From an uncultured beta proteobacterium (GTDB taxonomy: Bacteria > Pseudomonadota > Gammaproteobacteria > Burkholderiales > Burkholderiaceae_F), in assembly GCA_963739145.1 (NCBI GenBank), contig CAVTZO010000015.1, positions 7,335 through 71,334 of the forward strand: 64,000 nucleotides of DNA, written 5' to 3'. Of this stretch, positions 45,732-54,796 are shown piece after piece. The notes under the pieces are model-generated. The model ran no database searches. It was given only the letters and a program-made list of their open reading frames with translations, and had not been told where the DNA came from. The position numbers and the translations under genes were made by a program. Each line of letters opens with the position of its first letter. The stretch's first letter is position 1.

Positions 45732-45786
45732 TTGACACGGTACCGATGGGTACCGTATGATTCACGCATCGGTACCCGATGGTACC
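45732..45786 (+). promoter_or_regulatory. Second promoter of the same design: TTGACA-N-GGTACCGATGGGTACC-N-TATGAT, plus a second box 16 bp downstream
   Basis: -35 at 45732-45737, box at 45739-45754, -10 at 45756-45761, second box GGTACCCGATGGTACC at 45771-45786. It reads toward the efflux operon. Confidence 0.5.
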
Positions 45787-45810
45787 CTCAAATCAGAGCG
45801 GAGTAAACGG

Positions 45811-45870
45811 GAAGCGATGCCTCTGAAAAAGGCCTCGTATCTCGCGGCCAGCAAGCTCGCATCGCATTGA
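45811..45870 (+). pseudogene. Relic 3' end of a marR-like gene
   Basis: It translates EAMPLKKASYLAASKLASH*, compared with EAVALKKASYLAARKLASR* at the end of marR. About 75 bp (45811-45890) is ~88% identical to 44155-44230. Confidence 0.55.
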
Positions 45871-45923
45871 GTCTTCACATGCCAGTCGCTTTGCACACAA
45901 CCTCTGTTCGCTGGAGCCACTAC

Positions 45924-47375
45924 ATGCATATACATGCACTTGGGCGGCCGTTCCTTGGCGCTCTTGCAGCGGTCGGCCTGCTCTCGCAACTCTGCCTGGG
46001 AGGTTGCGCTGTGGGTCCGTCCTATCGAAAGCCGGCGACACCGCTCGACCCATTCCACAGCGCCCCCGCGATGCAGGCTCGCCGGACAGATGCTCCTTCG
46101 CCCGCTCTCGAAAGCTGGTGGGATGGCTTCAACGACCCGCTGCTCTCGCGCATCGTACGAAGGGCGCGTGATCAGAACCTCGATCTTGCGGCGGCACTGG
46201 CGCGAGTCCAGGAAGCCCGCGCCGCAGCGCGTGGCGCCGGTGCGCAGCTCCTGCCCACCATCGACGTGAGCGCTCGAGCGGCCCGAATCCACGAGTCCGT
46301 AGAGAGTCCGATCGGCCAGATCGCGAGCCATCTGCCTGGATTCAGCCGCGATCAATCCATCTACGATGCGGGCCTGGGCGCGAGCTGGGAGTTGGATCTG
46401 TTCGGAGGTCTGCGCCGCGGCAAGGAGGCCGCCTCGGCGGAGGTCGACGCCGCCGTCGCAGAGCAGACCGGAGTACGGATTTCCGTGACTGCGGATGCCG
46501 CGGACGCCTACTTGCGAATCCGGGGAGACCAGGCGCGCATCGCGCTTGCAGAGCAGCAGGTTGCCACTGACACGCATCTGCTCGAGCTCGTCCGCCAGAG
46601 GTTCGACCGTGGTCTGGCTGCCGTTCGCGAGGTCGCGCAAGCCGAAGCGCTGATGTCGCAGGCCCGCGCCTCTCTACAGCCGCTGCGTATCGATTTGGAG
46701 GCGCAAATGAACCGACTGGACGTCTTGCTGGGCGTCCAGCCGGGGACGTTCGCCGCGCAGATGCCGACACCGGCCGACATCCCTGCCGTGCCGAATATGT
46801 CAGGCAACGACAGCCCGATTAATGTGTTGCGCCGGCGGCCGGATGTGATCGCGGCCGAACGTCACCTGGCAGCGTCCAACGCCAGGATCGGCCAGACGCT
46901 CTCGGAGTACTACCCGAAGATCTCCCTCGCAGGCGTCCTTGGCTATGAAAGCTCTGGCCCGAGCGATCTGTTCAGAGCAGCGACCTTCCAGCCGCAGGGC
47001 GTCGCCGGACTGCGCTGGCGGGTGTTCGATTTCGGCAAAGTGAGCGCCGAAGTGGCACAGGCCAAGGGAGCCAAGGCGGAAGCACTTGCCTATTACGAGA
47101 AGGCGGTGCTGCGCGCAGCCGAGGAGGTTGAAAACGCCTTCACGTCGCTGGTGCAACTCGAGGCTCATCACCAGGAGTTGCTCGCCGAGGTCGCTGCACT
47201 GAAGCGGGCGCGAGATGCCTCGCAAGACGCCTACCAGGGCGGTGTGATCGCGCTGACCGACGTACTCGATGCCGATCGCCAGTTGCTCACGGCCCAAGAC
47301 GAGCTCGCGCAAACGCGCGCCGATTCGGCCAGAGCCGCGGTGGGCGCATTTCGTGCGGTGGGCGGCGGGTGGTGA
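45924..47375 (+). CDS. Efflux outer-membrane factor lipoprotein (NodT family)
   Basis: Lipobox LGGC after MHIHALGRPFLGALAAVGLLSQLC. Length and layout are typical of an OMF. Confidence 0.8.
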   Translation: MHIHALGRPFLGALAAVGLLSQLCLGGCAVGPSYRKPATPLDPFHSAPAMQARRTDAPSPALESWWDGFNDPLLSRIVRRARDQNLDLAAALARVQEARAAARGAGAQLLPTIDVSARAARIHESVESPIGQIASHLPGFSRDQSIYDAGLGASWELDLFGGLRRGKEAASAEVDAAVAEQTGVRISVTADAADAYLRIRGDQARIALAEQQVATDTHLLELVRQRFDRGLAAVREVAQAEALMSQARASLQPLRIDLEAQMNRLDVLLGVQPGTFAAQMPTPADIPAVPNMSGNDSPINVLRRRPDVIAAERHLAASNARIGQTLSEYYPKISLAGVLGYESSGPSDLFRAATFQPQGVAGLRWRVFDFGKVSAEVAQAKGAKAEALAYYEKAVLRAAEEVENAFTSLVQLEAHHQELLAEVAALKRARDASQDAYQGGVIALTDVLDADRQLLTAQDELAQTRADSARAAVGAFRAVGGGW

Positions 47376-47420
47376 CGTCACGTCAGTGGGCAGTCGGAAT
47401 CAATCCTTGGGAGCACAACG

Positions 47421-48527
47421 ATGCTTGAACTGAGAACCCTTGCTTTTGCCGGCGGCGTATGGGCGGCGACAATCACCCTGACGGCCTGCGCGCCATCGCA
47501 ATCCGCAGAGGACCCGAGAACGGTTCCTCAGCTTGTACAACTCTCGGTGGTGCAGCCCGCCGAAGCGGGCGAGCGGGCTTTCACAGGCGTCGTATCGGCT
47601 CGCGTCCAGAGCAACCTCGGCTTTCGCGTCTCGGGAAAGGTCATCGAGCGCCTCGTCGATAGCGGTCAGGCGGTGCGTCAGGGCAAGCCGCTCATGCGGC
47701 TGGACCGAACGGACTACGCGCATGCCATCACCACCCAGGTCGGCAATGTGGACGCGGCTCGAGCCCGCCTTCAGCAGGCGGCTGCCGATGAAAAGCGCTA
47801 CAGCGGCCTGGTCGCTTCGGGCGCGGTGTCACAGTCGGCTTACGACCAAGTCAAAGCTGGCGCGGATAGCGCGCGAGCGTTACTTTCAGCCGCCGAAGCG
47901 CAGCTCAAGCTCGCTCAGGACGAAGGCGCGTACGCAACGCTCGAGGCAGATGCCGACGGCACCGTGGTGGAGACCCTGGCAGAGCCGGGGCAATTCGTTT
48001 CCGCCGGACAGATCGTTGTCCGCGTGGCACGAACCGAAGCGCGCGAGGCGGCGGTAAACCTGCCTGAGACTTTGCGTCCCGCGCTTGGCTCGACGGCTCA
48101 GGCCATGCTGTACGGAGCGACCGACGACTCGGCCTCGCGGTATCCGGCGCGCCTTCGGCAGTTGTCGGACGCCGCCGATCCCTTAACCCGGACGTTCGAG
48201 GCTCGCTACGTATTGAATGGGGCAGCGGCCAGGGCGCCGCTCGGCGCGACCGTAACGGTGTACCTGAAAGACTCGGAGCGAACCAGTGCACTGGCGGTTC
48301 CGCTCGGGGCGATCGACGACGAGGGGCAAGGCCCAGGGGTGTGGCTGCTCGACCGGCAGTCTTCTACTGTTTCGTACCGATCGGTCAAGTTCATCCGATT
48401 CGACGGTGAGCACGCCATCGTGAGCGGCGGAATTCATGTCGGAGATCCGATCGTTGCCGTCGGCGGGCATTTTCTGCATGAAGGGCAACCTGTCCGAACC
48501 TCTGAAACGCGCGTCGCGCGCAATTAG
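47421..48527 (+). CDS. Efflux RND periplasmic adaptor (membrane fusion protein)
   Basis: Lipoprotein-like N-terminus (LTAC), with a coiled-coil hairpin and barrel regions typical of the HlyD/AcrA family. Confidence 0.8.
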   Translation: MLELRTLAFAGGVWAATITLTACAPSQSAEDPRTVPQLVQLSVVQPAEAGERAFTGVVSARVQSNLGFRVSGKVIERLVDSGQAVRQGKPLMRLDRTDYAHAITTQVGNVDAARARLQQAAADEKRYSGLVASGAVSQSAYDQVKAGADSARALLSAAEAQLKLAQDEGAYATLEADADGTVVETLAEPGQFVSAGQIVVRVARTEAREAAVNLPETLRPALGSTAQAMLYGATDDSASRYPARLRQLSDAADPLTRTFEARYVLNGAAARAPLGATVTVYLKDSERTSALAVPLGAIDDEGQGPGVWLLDRQSSTVSYRSVKFIRFDGEHAIVSGGIHVGDPIVAVGGHFLHEGQPVRTSETRVARN

Positions 48528-48557
48528 CCCAATTGCAACCGTCTCCAGGCCTCCGAT

Positions 48558-51500
48558 ATGAGCCGCTTCAATCTGTCCGCGCTGGCCGTCCGCGAGCGAG
48601 CGATCACCCTGTTTCTGATCGTCGCGATCCTGCTTTCGGGGACGTACGCGTTTCTGCGGCTTGGGCGAGCCGAGGACCCTTCGTTCACGATCAAGACGCT
48701 GACGGTAACTGCCGTCTGGCCCGGAGCGACTGCACAGGAGATGCAGGACCTGGTCGCCGAGCCTCTCGAGAAGCGCATGCAAGAGCTGCGTTGGTACGAT
48801 CGGGTAGAGACCTTCACGCGCCCTGGAATCGCCGTGATGATGGTCACCCTGAGCGACAAGACCCCGGCCTCCGCCGTTGCCGAGGAGTTCTATCAGGCGC
48901 GCAAAAAGCTGGGCGACGAGGCACCGAAACTTCCTGCGGGTGTTCAGGGCCCGTTTGTCAACGACGAGTACTCCGATGTCATCTTCGCCGTCTACGCGCT
49001 CGAGGCTCATGGCATGCCCCCGCGAGAGCTCGCGCGCGATGCCGAGACGCTGCGGCAGCGCCTTCTTCACGTACCGGGCGTAAAGAAAGTCAACATCCAG
49101 GGCGAGCGCCCTGAGCGCATCTTCGTCGACTTCTCCTATGCTCGCCTCGCCAACGTCGGTGTCACTCCGAGAGACATTTTCGGCGCGCTCCAGCGTCAAA
49201 ATGCCGTGACTCCCGCCGGCTCCATCGATACCAACGGTCCGCGAGTGTTCATCCGCCTCGACGGCGCCTACGACGATCTGCAGAAGATCCGGGATACGCC
49301 GATCGCCGCAGGCGGTCGTACTCTCAGACTTGCGGACATCGCCGAGGTAAATCGAGGATACGAAGATCCAGCCACATTCCTGATTCGTCACGACGGCGAG
49401 TCTGCGCTGGTACTAGGCGTCGTGATGCAGGACGGTTGGGATGGATTGGTTCTTGGCCGAGCGCTAAACACTGAAGAGAAGGAGATTGCCCGCGCCCTGC
49501 CTGCTGGTGTGCGGTTCACGAAGGTTGTCGACCAGGCGGTCAATATCCAGGAGGCGGTCGGCGAATTCATGCTCAAGTTCTTCGTCGCCCTCGCCGTCAT
49601 CATGATCGTCAGCCTGGTCAGTCTAGGCTGGCGGGAGGGCATCGTGGTGGCAGCAGCCGTGCCATTGACGCTCGCCGCCGTTTTTGTCGTCATGCTCGTC
49701 ACCGGGCGCGTCTTCGATCGGATTACGCTGGGCGCGCTCGTGATCGCGCTCGGGCTCTTGGTGGACGATGCGATCATCGCGATCGAAATGATGGTCGTGA
49801 AGCTCGAAGAGGGCCTGGAGCGGGTCGAGGCTGCCGCCTACGCGTGGACTCACACGGCAGCTCCGATGCTCTCGGGGACGTTGGTCACGATCATCGGCTT
49901 CACCCCCGTGGGCTTCGCCCGATCGACGGCGGGAGAGTATGCCGGCAACATCTTCTGGATCGTAGGCTTTGCACTGATCGTTTCCTGGCTGGTGGCGGTC
50001 GTCTTCACGCCGTACCTCGGTGTCAAGCTGCTTCCACGCATCGCGCCCGTGCCTGGTGGCCACAGCGGGATCTATTCGACGCCCCGCTACCAGCGCCTGC
50101 GTCGGCTCATCTCCTGGGCCGTGGATCACAGGCTTAAGGTTGCCGGCATGGTGGTCGGGCTGTTCCTGCTGGCCGGACTTGGAATGGGCCTCGTCAAGCG
50201 ACAGTTCTTCCCAAGCTCCGACAGGCCTGAGGTGCTGGTCGAAGTGCAGATGCCGGAGGGAACCAGCATCGAAGCGACCGCGGCTGCGACCCTCAAGGTG
50301 GAACAATGGGTACGCCAACAACCCGAGGCGAAGATCGTCACCGCCTACATTGGCCAGGGCGCACCCCGCTTCTTCTTTTCCTACAACCCCGAGCTGCCGG
50401 ATCCTGCCTTCGCGAAACTAGTCATCCTGACTCCTGACGCCCGCGCGCGCGATCGGCTTAAATTGCGGCTACGCGAGCGGATTGCCCAGGGGCTGGCGCC
50501 GCAGGGCCGCGTGCGTGTCTCCCAGCTCATCTTCGGCCCCTACCCACGCTACTTGGTGAACTTCCGCGTCATGGGGCCCGACCTCGATCGCCTGCGCGCC
50601 ATCGCGAACCAGGTCCAAGCGGTCATGCGCGCCAATCCGCATACCCGCCAGGTGAACCAGGACGCGGGCGAGCGGACTCCGACGGTACATTTTGTCCTCG
50701 ACCAGGATCGGCTGCAGCTCATGGGGCTTAGCTCGAGCGATGCGGCAGAACAGCTTCAGTTTCTGTTAAGCGGCGTGCCCGTAACCCAGGTCAGGGAGGA
50801 TATCCGTGCGGTGGAAGTCGTGGCGCGAAGCGCAGGCCCCGAGCGCCTCGATCCCGCGCGACTTGGCCAGCTGACACTCACGAGCCGCGCGGGGCGCGTG
50901 GTTCCCTTGAATCAGATCGGTCACATCGAGATACGTGCCGAGGATCCCATCCTCCGGCGGCGCGACCGTACGCCAACCATTACCGTCCAATCCGATTTCG
51001 ACGAGGCACTGCAGCCACCCGAAGTGTCGATGGAGATCGAAAAGGCACTCGCGCCGATCATCGCGCATCTGCCGGAAGGCTATTCGATTGAAACCGGCGG
51101 GAACATCGAGGACTCGGCCAAGGCGAACTCAGCCTTGCTTCCTATCCTTCCAATCATGGTGCTGCTGACGCTGCTGGTGTTGGTCGTGCAGACCCGATCG
51201 CTGTCGGCGACGACCATGGTATTTCTGACCGCGCCGCTCGGTTTGGTCGGTGCGGTCCCGATACTACTCATCCTGCACCAGCCCTTTGGCTTCAATGCGA
51301 TCCTCGGTTTGATCGGCCTGTCGGGCATTCTGATGCGCAATACACTGATCCTGATCGGCCAGATCCGCACGAATGAGGCCCAAGGCTTGGATCCCTATCA
51401 TGCGGTCATCGAAGCGACAGTGCAGCGCGCGCGCCCCGTCCTTCTTACGGCGCTGGCTGCCGTGCTGGCATTCATTCCGCTCACAACCTCGGTATTTTGG

Positions 51501-51650
51501 GGTTCCATGGCCTGCACGCTGATTGGTGGCACATCGGCCGGCACGCTGCTGACGCTGCTCTTTCTGCCGGCGCTCTACGCCATCTGGTTCCGAGTAAAGA
51601 AGCCCGTAGCGCACGCACCTGCTGTGCTGGCATCGGCTGCAGCGCAGTGA
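48558..51650 (+). CDS. RND efflux permease (AcrB/AcrD/AcrF family)
   Basis: 1030 aa, 12-TM topology with two large periplasmic loops. The N-terminus MSRFNLSALAVRERAITLFLIVA is typical. Confidence 0.9.
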   Translation: MSRFNLSALAVRERAITLFLIVAILLSGTYAFLRLGRAEDPSFTIKTLTVTAVWPGATAQEMQDLVAEPLEKRMQELRWYDRVETFTRPGIAVMMVTLSDKTPASAVAEEFYQARKKLGDEAPKLPAGVQGPFVNDEYSDVIFAVYALEAHGMPPRELARDAETLRQRLLHVPGVKKVNIQGERPERIFVDFSYARLANVGVTPRDIFGALQRQNAVTPAGSIDTNGPRVFIRLDGAYDDLQKIRDTPIAAGGRTLRLADIAEVNRGYEDPATFLIRHDGESALVLGVVMQDGWDGLVLGRALNTEEKEIARALPAGVRFTKVVDQAVNIQEAVGEFMLKFFVALAVIMIVSLVSLGWREGIVVAAAVPLTLAAVFVVMLVTGRVFDRITLGALVIALGLLVDDAIIAIEMMVVKLEEGLERVEAAAYAWTHTAAPMLSGTLVTIIGFTPVGFARSTAGEYAGNIFWIVGFALIVSWLVAVVFTPYLGVKLLPRIAPVPGGHSGIYSTPRYQRLRRLISWAVDHRLKVAGMVVGLFLLAGLGMGLVKRQFFPSSDRPEVLVEVQMPEGTSIEATAAATLKVEQWVRQQPEAKIVTAYIGQGAPRFFFSYNPELPDPAFAKLVILTPDARARDRLKLRLRERIAQGLAPQGRVRVSQLIFGPYPRYLVNFRVMGPDLDRLRAIANQVQAVMRANPHTRQVNQDAGERTPTVHFVLDQDRLQLMGLSSSDAAEQLQFLLSGVPVTQVREDIRAVEVVARSAGPERLDPARLGQLTLTSRAGRVVPLNQIGHIEIRAEDPILRRRDRTPTITVQSDFDEALQPPEVSMEIEKALAPIIAHLPEGYSIETGGNIEDSAKANSALLPILPIMVLLTLLVLVVQTRSLSATTMVFLTAPLGLVGAVPILLILHQPFGFNAILGLIGLSGILMRNTLILIGQIRTNEAQGLDPYHAVIEATVQRARPVLLTALAAVLAFIPLTTSVFWGSMACTLIGGTSAGTLLTLLFLPALYAIWFRVKKPVAHAPAVLASAAAQ

Positions 51651-51692
51651 CTGCATTTTCGGACTTTACCTTGCCTGCCCAATGTCGCCTTC

Positions 51693-51795
51693 GGGTCGTC
51701 AAGAGGCATAGACCGGAACATTTACGCCGCCGCGAAGCCGACGTAGCATCTGGACCGCTGCGAAGCCGACCATCGCGGACGGCTCTGGTCGGCCA
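51693..51795 (+). repeat. 103-bp repeat, copy B
   Basis: Identical to copy A except C>A at the ninth base. It starts 43 nt after the RND stop. Confidence 0.9.
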
Positions 51796-51897
51796 ACAGC
51801 GGGCTACCGAGCGCGGCAGCGGATTTGACCGAAGCGGCCGGCCGAAGTATCGGCTGGCTCCGAAGTGATAGAGTGCATAGGACGCAAGGAGTGGAAA

Positions 51898-52128
51898 ATG
51901 ACCGTATCCGTCAAGACCTTGGGGATCGATCGCTTGGGGATCGACGAGCGCCTGGCACTGGTCGACGAGATATGGGCAAGCGTCTGTGCTGACGCGGCGA
52001 AATTTCCGCTGACTGAGGCGCAACGCGCGGAGCTCGACCGGCGCGTCGCTGACGATAACGCGTTCCCCGATGACGTCGTACCGTGGGCTGAAGTCAAGGC
52101 GTCGATCCGCGCTCGACTGGCGGAATGA
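51898..52128 (+). CDS. Addiction-module antitoxin component (TIGR02574-like)
   Basis: AAGGAG RBS. LGIDERLALVDEIWASV... is typical of this antitoxin family. Its stop overlaps the toxin start (ATGA). Confidence 0.65.
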   Translation: MTVSVKTLGIDRLGIDERLALVDEIWASVCADAAKFPLTEAQRAELDRRVADDNAFPDDVVPWAEVKASIRARLAE

Positions 52129-52421
52129 CCTTGCGCGTCGTTTTCCGGCGCGCCGCACAAGCCGAATTCCTTGAAGCTGCCGCCTGGTACGAGCAGCAGC
52201 GAACCGGACTCGGCGAAGACTTCCTTCGCGAAGTGGAGACCGCGATTGATCGGGCGGCCGAATCTCCGCTCATGTACCCGTTGGTAGCTGACGATGTTCG
52301 CCGAGCGGTAACCCGGCGGTTTCCATACAGCATCTTCTTTCGGAATCGCGGCGATGTTCTCGTCGTACTCGCCGTGTTTCATGGACGTCGTGATCCACGG
52401 ATTTGGCAAAATCGGACGTAG
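52125..52421 (+). CDS. ParE/RelE-family type II toxin
   Basis: 98 aa. AAQAEFLEAAAWYEQQ...RRFPYSIFFR...VLAVFHGRRDP matches the ParE-like plasmid-stabilisation fold pattern. Confidence 0.75.
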   Translation: MTLRVVFRRAAQAEFLEAAAWYEQQRTGLGEDFLREVETAIDRAAESPLMYPLVADDVRRAVTRRFPYSIFFRNRGDVLVVLAVFHGRRDPRIWQNRT

Positions 52422-52492
52422 CGGATTTCGATTGGAATGTCCAGTCCCCGCGATCTGGGCGACAGGTTTTCGGCGAGGCTCAGGCCCGCAAT

Positions 52493-52595
52493 GGGTCATC
52501 CAGAGGCATAGACCCGAAGATTTACGCCGCCGCAACGCCGACGTAGCATCTGGACTGCCGCAAAGCCGACCATCGCGAACGGCTCTGGTCGGCCA
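52493..52595 (+). repeat. 103-bp repeat, copy C
   Basis: About 90% identical to copies A and B. It starts 72 nt after the ParE-type toxin stop. Confidence 0.85.
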
Positions 52596-52646
52596 TGAGC
52601 CGCCGTGCGCGGTTATATTTGAGTAGACGCTTCATGGCATTGCAAT

Positions 52647-52665
52647 GTAATTACATCGTAATTAC
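52647..52665 (+). promoter_or_regulatory. Candidate BrnA operator: GTAATTAC-N3-GTAATTAC
   Basis: Two palindromic octamers with 11-bp spacing lie 10 nt upstream of the brnT ATG, in an AT-rich stretch. Confidence 0.4.
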
Positions 52666-52674
52666 AATGGGGCC

Positions 52675-52956
52675 ATGGCCGAACTTCGCTTCGAGTGGGA
52701 TCCGTCTAAGTCGATTGCCAATCGGCGCAAGCACGGGATCACGTTCGAGGAGGCGCGGACGGTCTTCTACGATGAACACGCGCGGCTGATCGACGATCCC
52801 GATCACTCCGGGCATGAGGATCGGTTCGTCCTGCTGGGCGTGAGCGCTTCTCTACGTATGCTTGTCGTTTGCCATTGCTATCGAAGCGCCGGGAGCGTCA
52901 TCCGGCTAATTTCGGCCAGGAAGGCGACCAAAGCCGAAGCTCGGTTTTATCCATAG
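52675..52956 (+). CDS. brnT: BrnT (DUF497) type II toxin
   Basis: FEWDPSKSIANRRKHGITFEEA is the signature N-terminus of BrnT. Confidence 0.8.
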   Translation: MAELRFEWDPSKSIANRRKHGITFEEARTVFYDEHARLIDDPDHSGHEDRFVLLGVSASLRMLVVCHCYRSAGSVIRLISARKATKAEARFYP

Positions 52957-52966
52957 GGCCACGATC

Positions 52967-53176
52967 ATGCGCAAGGAATACGATTTCTCGAAGTCCAAGA
53001 AGAACCCCTACGCCTCGCAACTGAAGAAGCAAGTCACGATCCGCTTGGATGGGGACTCGATTACCTACTTCAAGGCGATCTCGGCGGAAGTCGGCATCCC
53101 ATACCAAAGTCTGATCAACCTGTACCTGCGGGACTGCGCGACGTCGAATCGCAGGCTCAATTTTCAGTGGAAATAG
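52967..53176 (+). CDS. brnA: BrnA antitoxin
   Basis: 69 aa, immediately downstream of brnT (toxin first, as in BrnTA). The C-terminal RHH-like segment is TIRLDGDSITYFKAISAEVGIPYQSLINLYL. Confidence 0.75.
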   Translation: MRKEYDFSKSKKNPYASQLKKQVTIRLDGDSITYFKAISAEVGIPYQSLINLYLRDCATSNRRLNFQWK

Positions 53177-53440
53177 CCGGCATATTCCGGGTCTCCGGCG
53201 GTCAGGTCGGCTATCGGGAGTCGCTCCGCGGCTGCATTGGGTCGTCCAGAGACGCTGGGCTTGTCCGGTCTGGGGAAGTAGACTTCTCATATGGTCGCAT
53301 TCGTCAATAGGCTAAGACGTTCTTGGGATCGCCTTCGTCGAGATGGATCGGGTGATGCGACACGGGCGATGCAGCGACGATGAATCAGACTCATATCCGT
53401 GGATTGGGTACCACCGTTCATCGATTCGTCGCGGGGTCTG

Positions 53441-54796
53441 CCTCGCTCTAGCATCATGGATCAGCCTTGCGGTGCCACGGTAGGAGTCTCGAGGGTTACC
53501 CCAATCGTTGCCCGGATCGCATCACCCGATCGATCTCGATCATGGTCTCTCCTTGTTCAATGCCCAGTCGTCTGGGGTGTAGCCAGCTGGGCAATGGCCC
53601 AAACGAACCCGCTCAGTTCACGGGCCACCGCCACGCAGACCTTGTTGATCTGCACCCCACGCGCGTGCAGCCTGGCAAAGCGTGCGCTCAGGCGTAGTTG
53701 GGCCTTCCAGGCGGTTGCCCGGATCGGCTCCACCAAGCTCTCCTGACGTTGTTGCGCCTGGCGGCAGATACGCGGCTTGAAGCGGTAGTTCCACGCCGCC
53801 TCGGTGAGCAGGCGTCGGGCGTGGGCGTTGCCGGTCTTGGTAATAGCGCCTCGGCTGATGCGCTCGCCGCTGGACTGCTCCGAAGGCACCAGCCCCAGGT
53901 AGCCCATCAGCTTGCGCGGGTGGTCAAAGCGTTGGATGTCCCCAATCTCGGCCACCAGCCCCACCGCGCTGACCATGTCGATGCCGCGCAGCGCCCGCAA
54001 AGCGAGCACCACCGCTTCGAAGCGCCATCCCGTGATGGACGTGCCCAGCGCCAGAGTCAGTCGATCTACGCGCTGATCGGCCGCCTCGACCTGCAGCCGA
54101 TACTCGGTAAACGCCGTCTGGGACGCACCCACCTCGAAGTCGAGCGTGCCCAGCCAGCGATAGAAGGCCCGGCTCCACCCGCTCTTGCCCGGATAGCGGA
54201 TATCGTGACGCAGCAAAAACCCCTTGAGCTGGTGACGCGCCTGGGTACGTGCCTTGACCGCGTCCTCCCGGGCCCGCGACAGATCCCGGATCGCCTCGTC
54301 GGCCGCGTCGGGAATCCACACCGCTCGTAGGTCGCCGCTGCGCGCCAGTTCGGCCAAGCGCACGCTGTCGCGCCGATCGGTCTTGACGCGATCGCCCGCA
54401 CGCTTGGGGATCAACGAGGGTGCAATCACCTCGCACACGTAGCCTAGACGCGTCAGCTCCCGCTGCAGCCCATAGCCGGTCGGCCCCGCCTCGTACACCA
54501 CGTGCAACTGCTCTGGCGATCCCAATCGCGCCAACTGCTTGACCAACTTCGTCACGTCGTGAGCGATCGTGCACACCGCCCGACCCCGCTCGCGCCCGGC
54601 CGACGCCGCGCCCATCGCAATCGTGCCCTTATGGACGTCCAGTCCGACGAATTCCTTGATAGGCTTATCCATGGCCGTTCTCCATGTTGTTGAGGACTCG
54701 TTCCCAACATGTAGCTCGGCACGGCCTGCCGTGCAACCTACGTCAAAGGGGAGCGGCCGCCTCGAACTACCGGGGCGACCATGATGTCTAGCGAGG
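53441..54796 (-). mobile_element. IS110-family (IS1111-like) insertion sequence; coordinates mark the subterminal inverted repeats and the true ends are a few bp outside
   Basis: Imperfect subterminal inverted repeats at 53441-53459 (CCTCGCTCTAGCATCATGG) and 54779-54796 (CCATGATGTCTAGCGAGG) bracket the DEDD transposase gene. Confidence 0.65.
53557..54672 (-). CDS. IS110-family DEDD transposase
   Basis: MDKPIKEFVGLDVHKGT... and the C-terminal ...TKTGNAHARRLL... are typical of the family. The 136-aa N-terminal extension of the listed ORF is rejected. Confidence 0.85.
   Translation of the reverse strand: MDKPIKEFVGLDVHKGTIAMGAASAGRERGRAVCTIAHDVTKLVKQLARLGSPEQLHVVYEAGPTGYGLQRELTRLGYVCEVIAPSLIPKRAGDRVKTDRRDSVRLAELARSGDLRAVWIPDAADEAIRDLSRAREDAVKARTQARHQLKGFLLRHDIRYPGKSGWSRAFYRWLGTLDFEVGASQTAFTEYRLQVEAADQRVDRLTLALGTSITGWRFEAVVLALRALRGIDMVSAVGLVAEIGDIQRFDHPRKLMGYLGLVPSEQSSGERISRGAITKTGNAHARRLLTEAAWNYRFKPRICRQAQQRQESLVEPIRATAWKAQLRLSARFARLHARGVQINKVCVAVARELSGFVWAIAQLATPQTTGH

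Noticed and set aside
41746-52595. 103-bp repeats as classical integron attC sites
   Set aside because: There are no RYYYAAC/GTTRRRY core sites at the ends. No IntI gene is present, and the recombinase at 55359 lacks the IntI-specific insertion. One module is 10 kb with genes on both strands.
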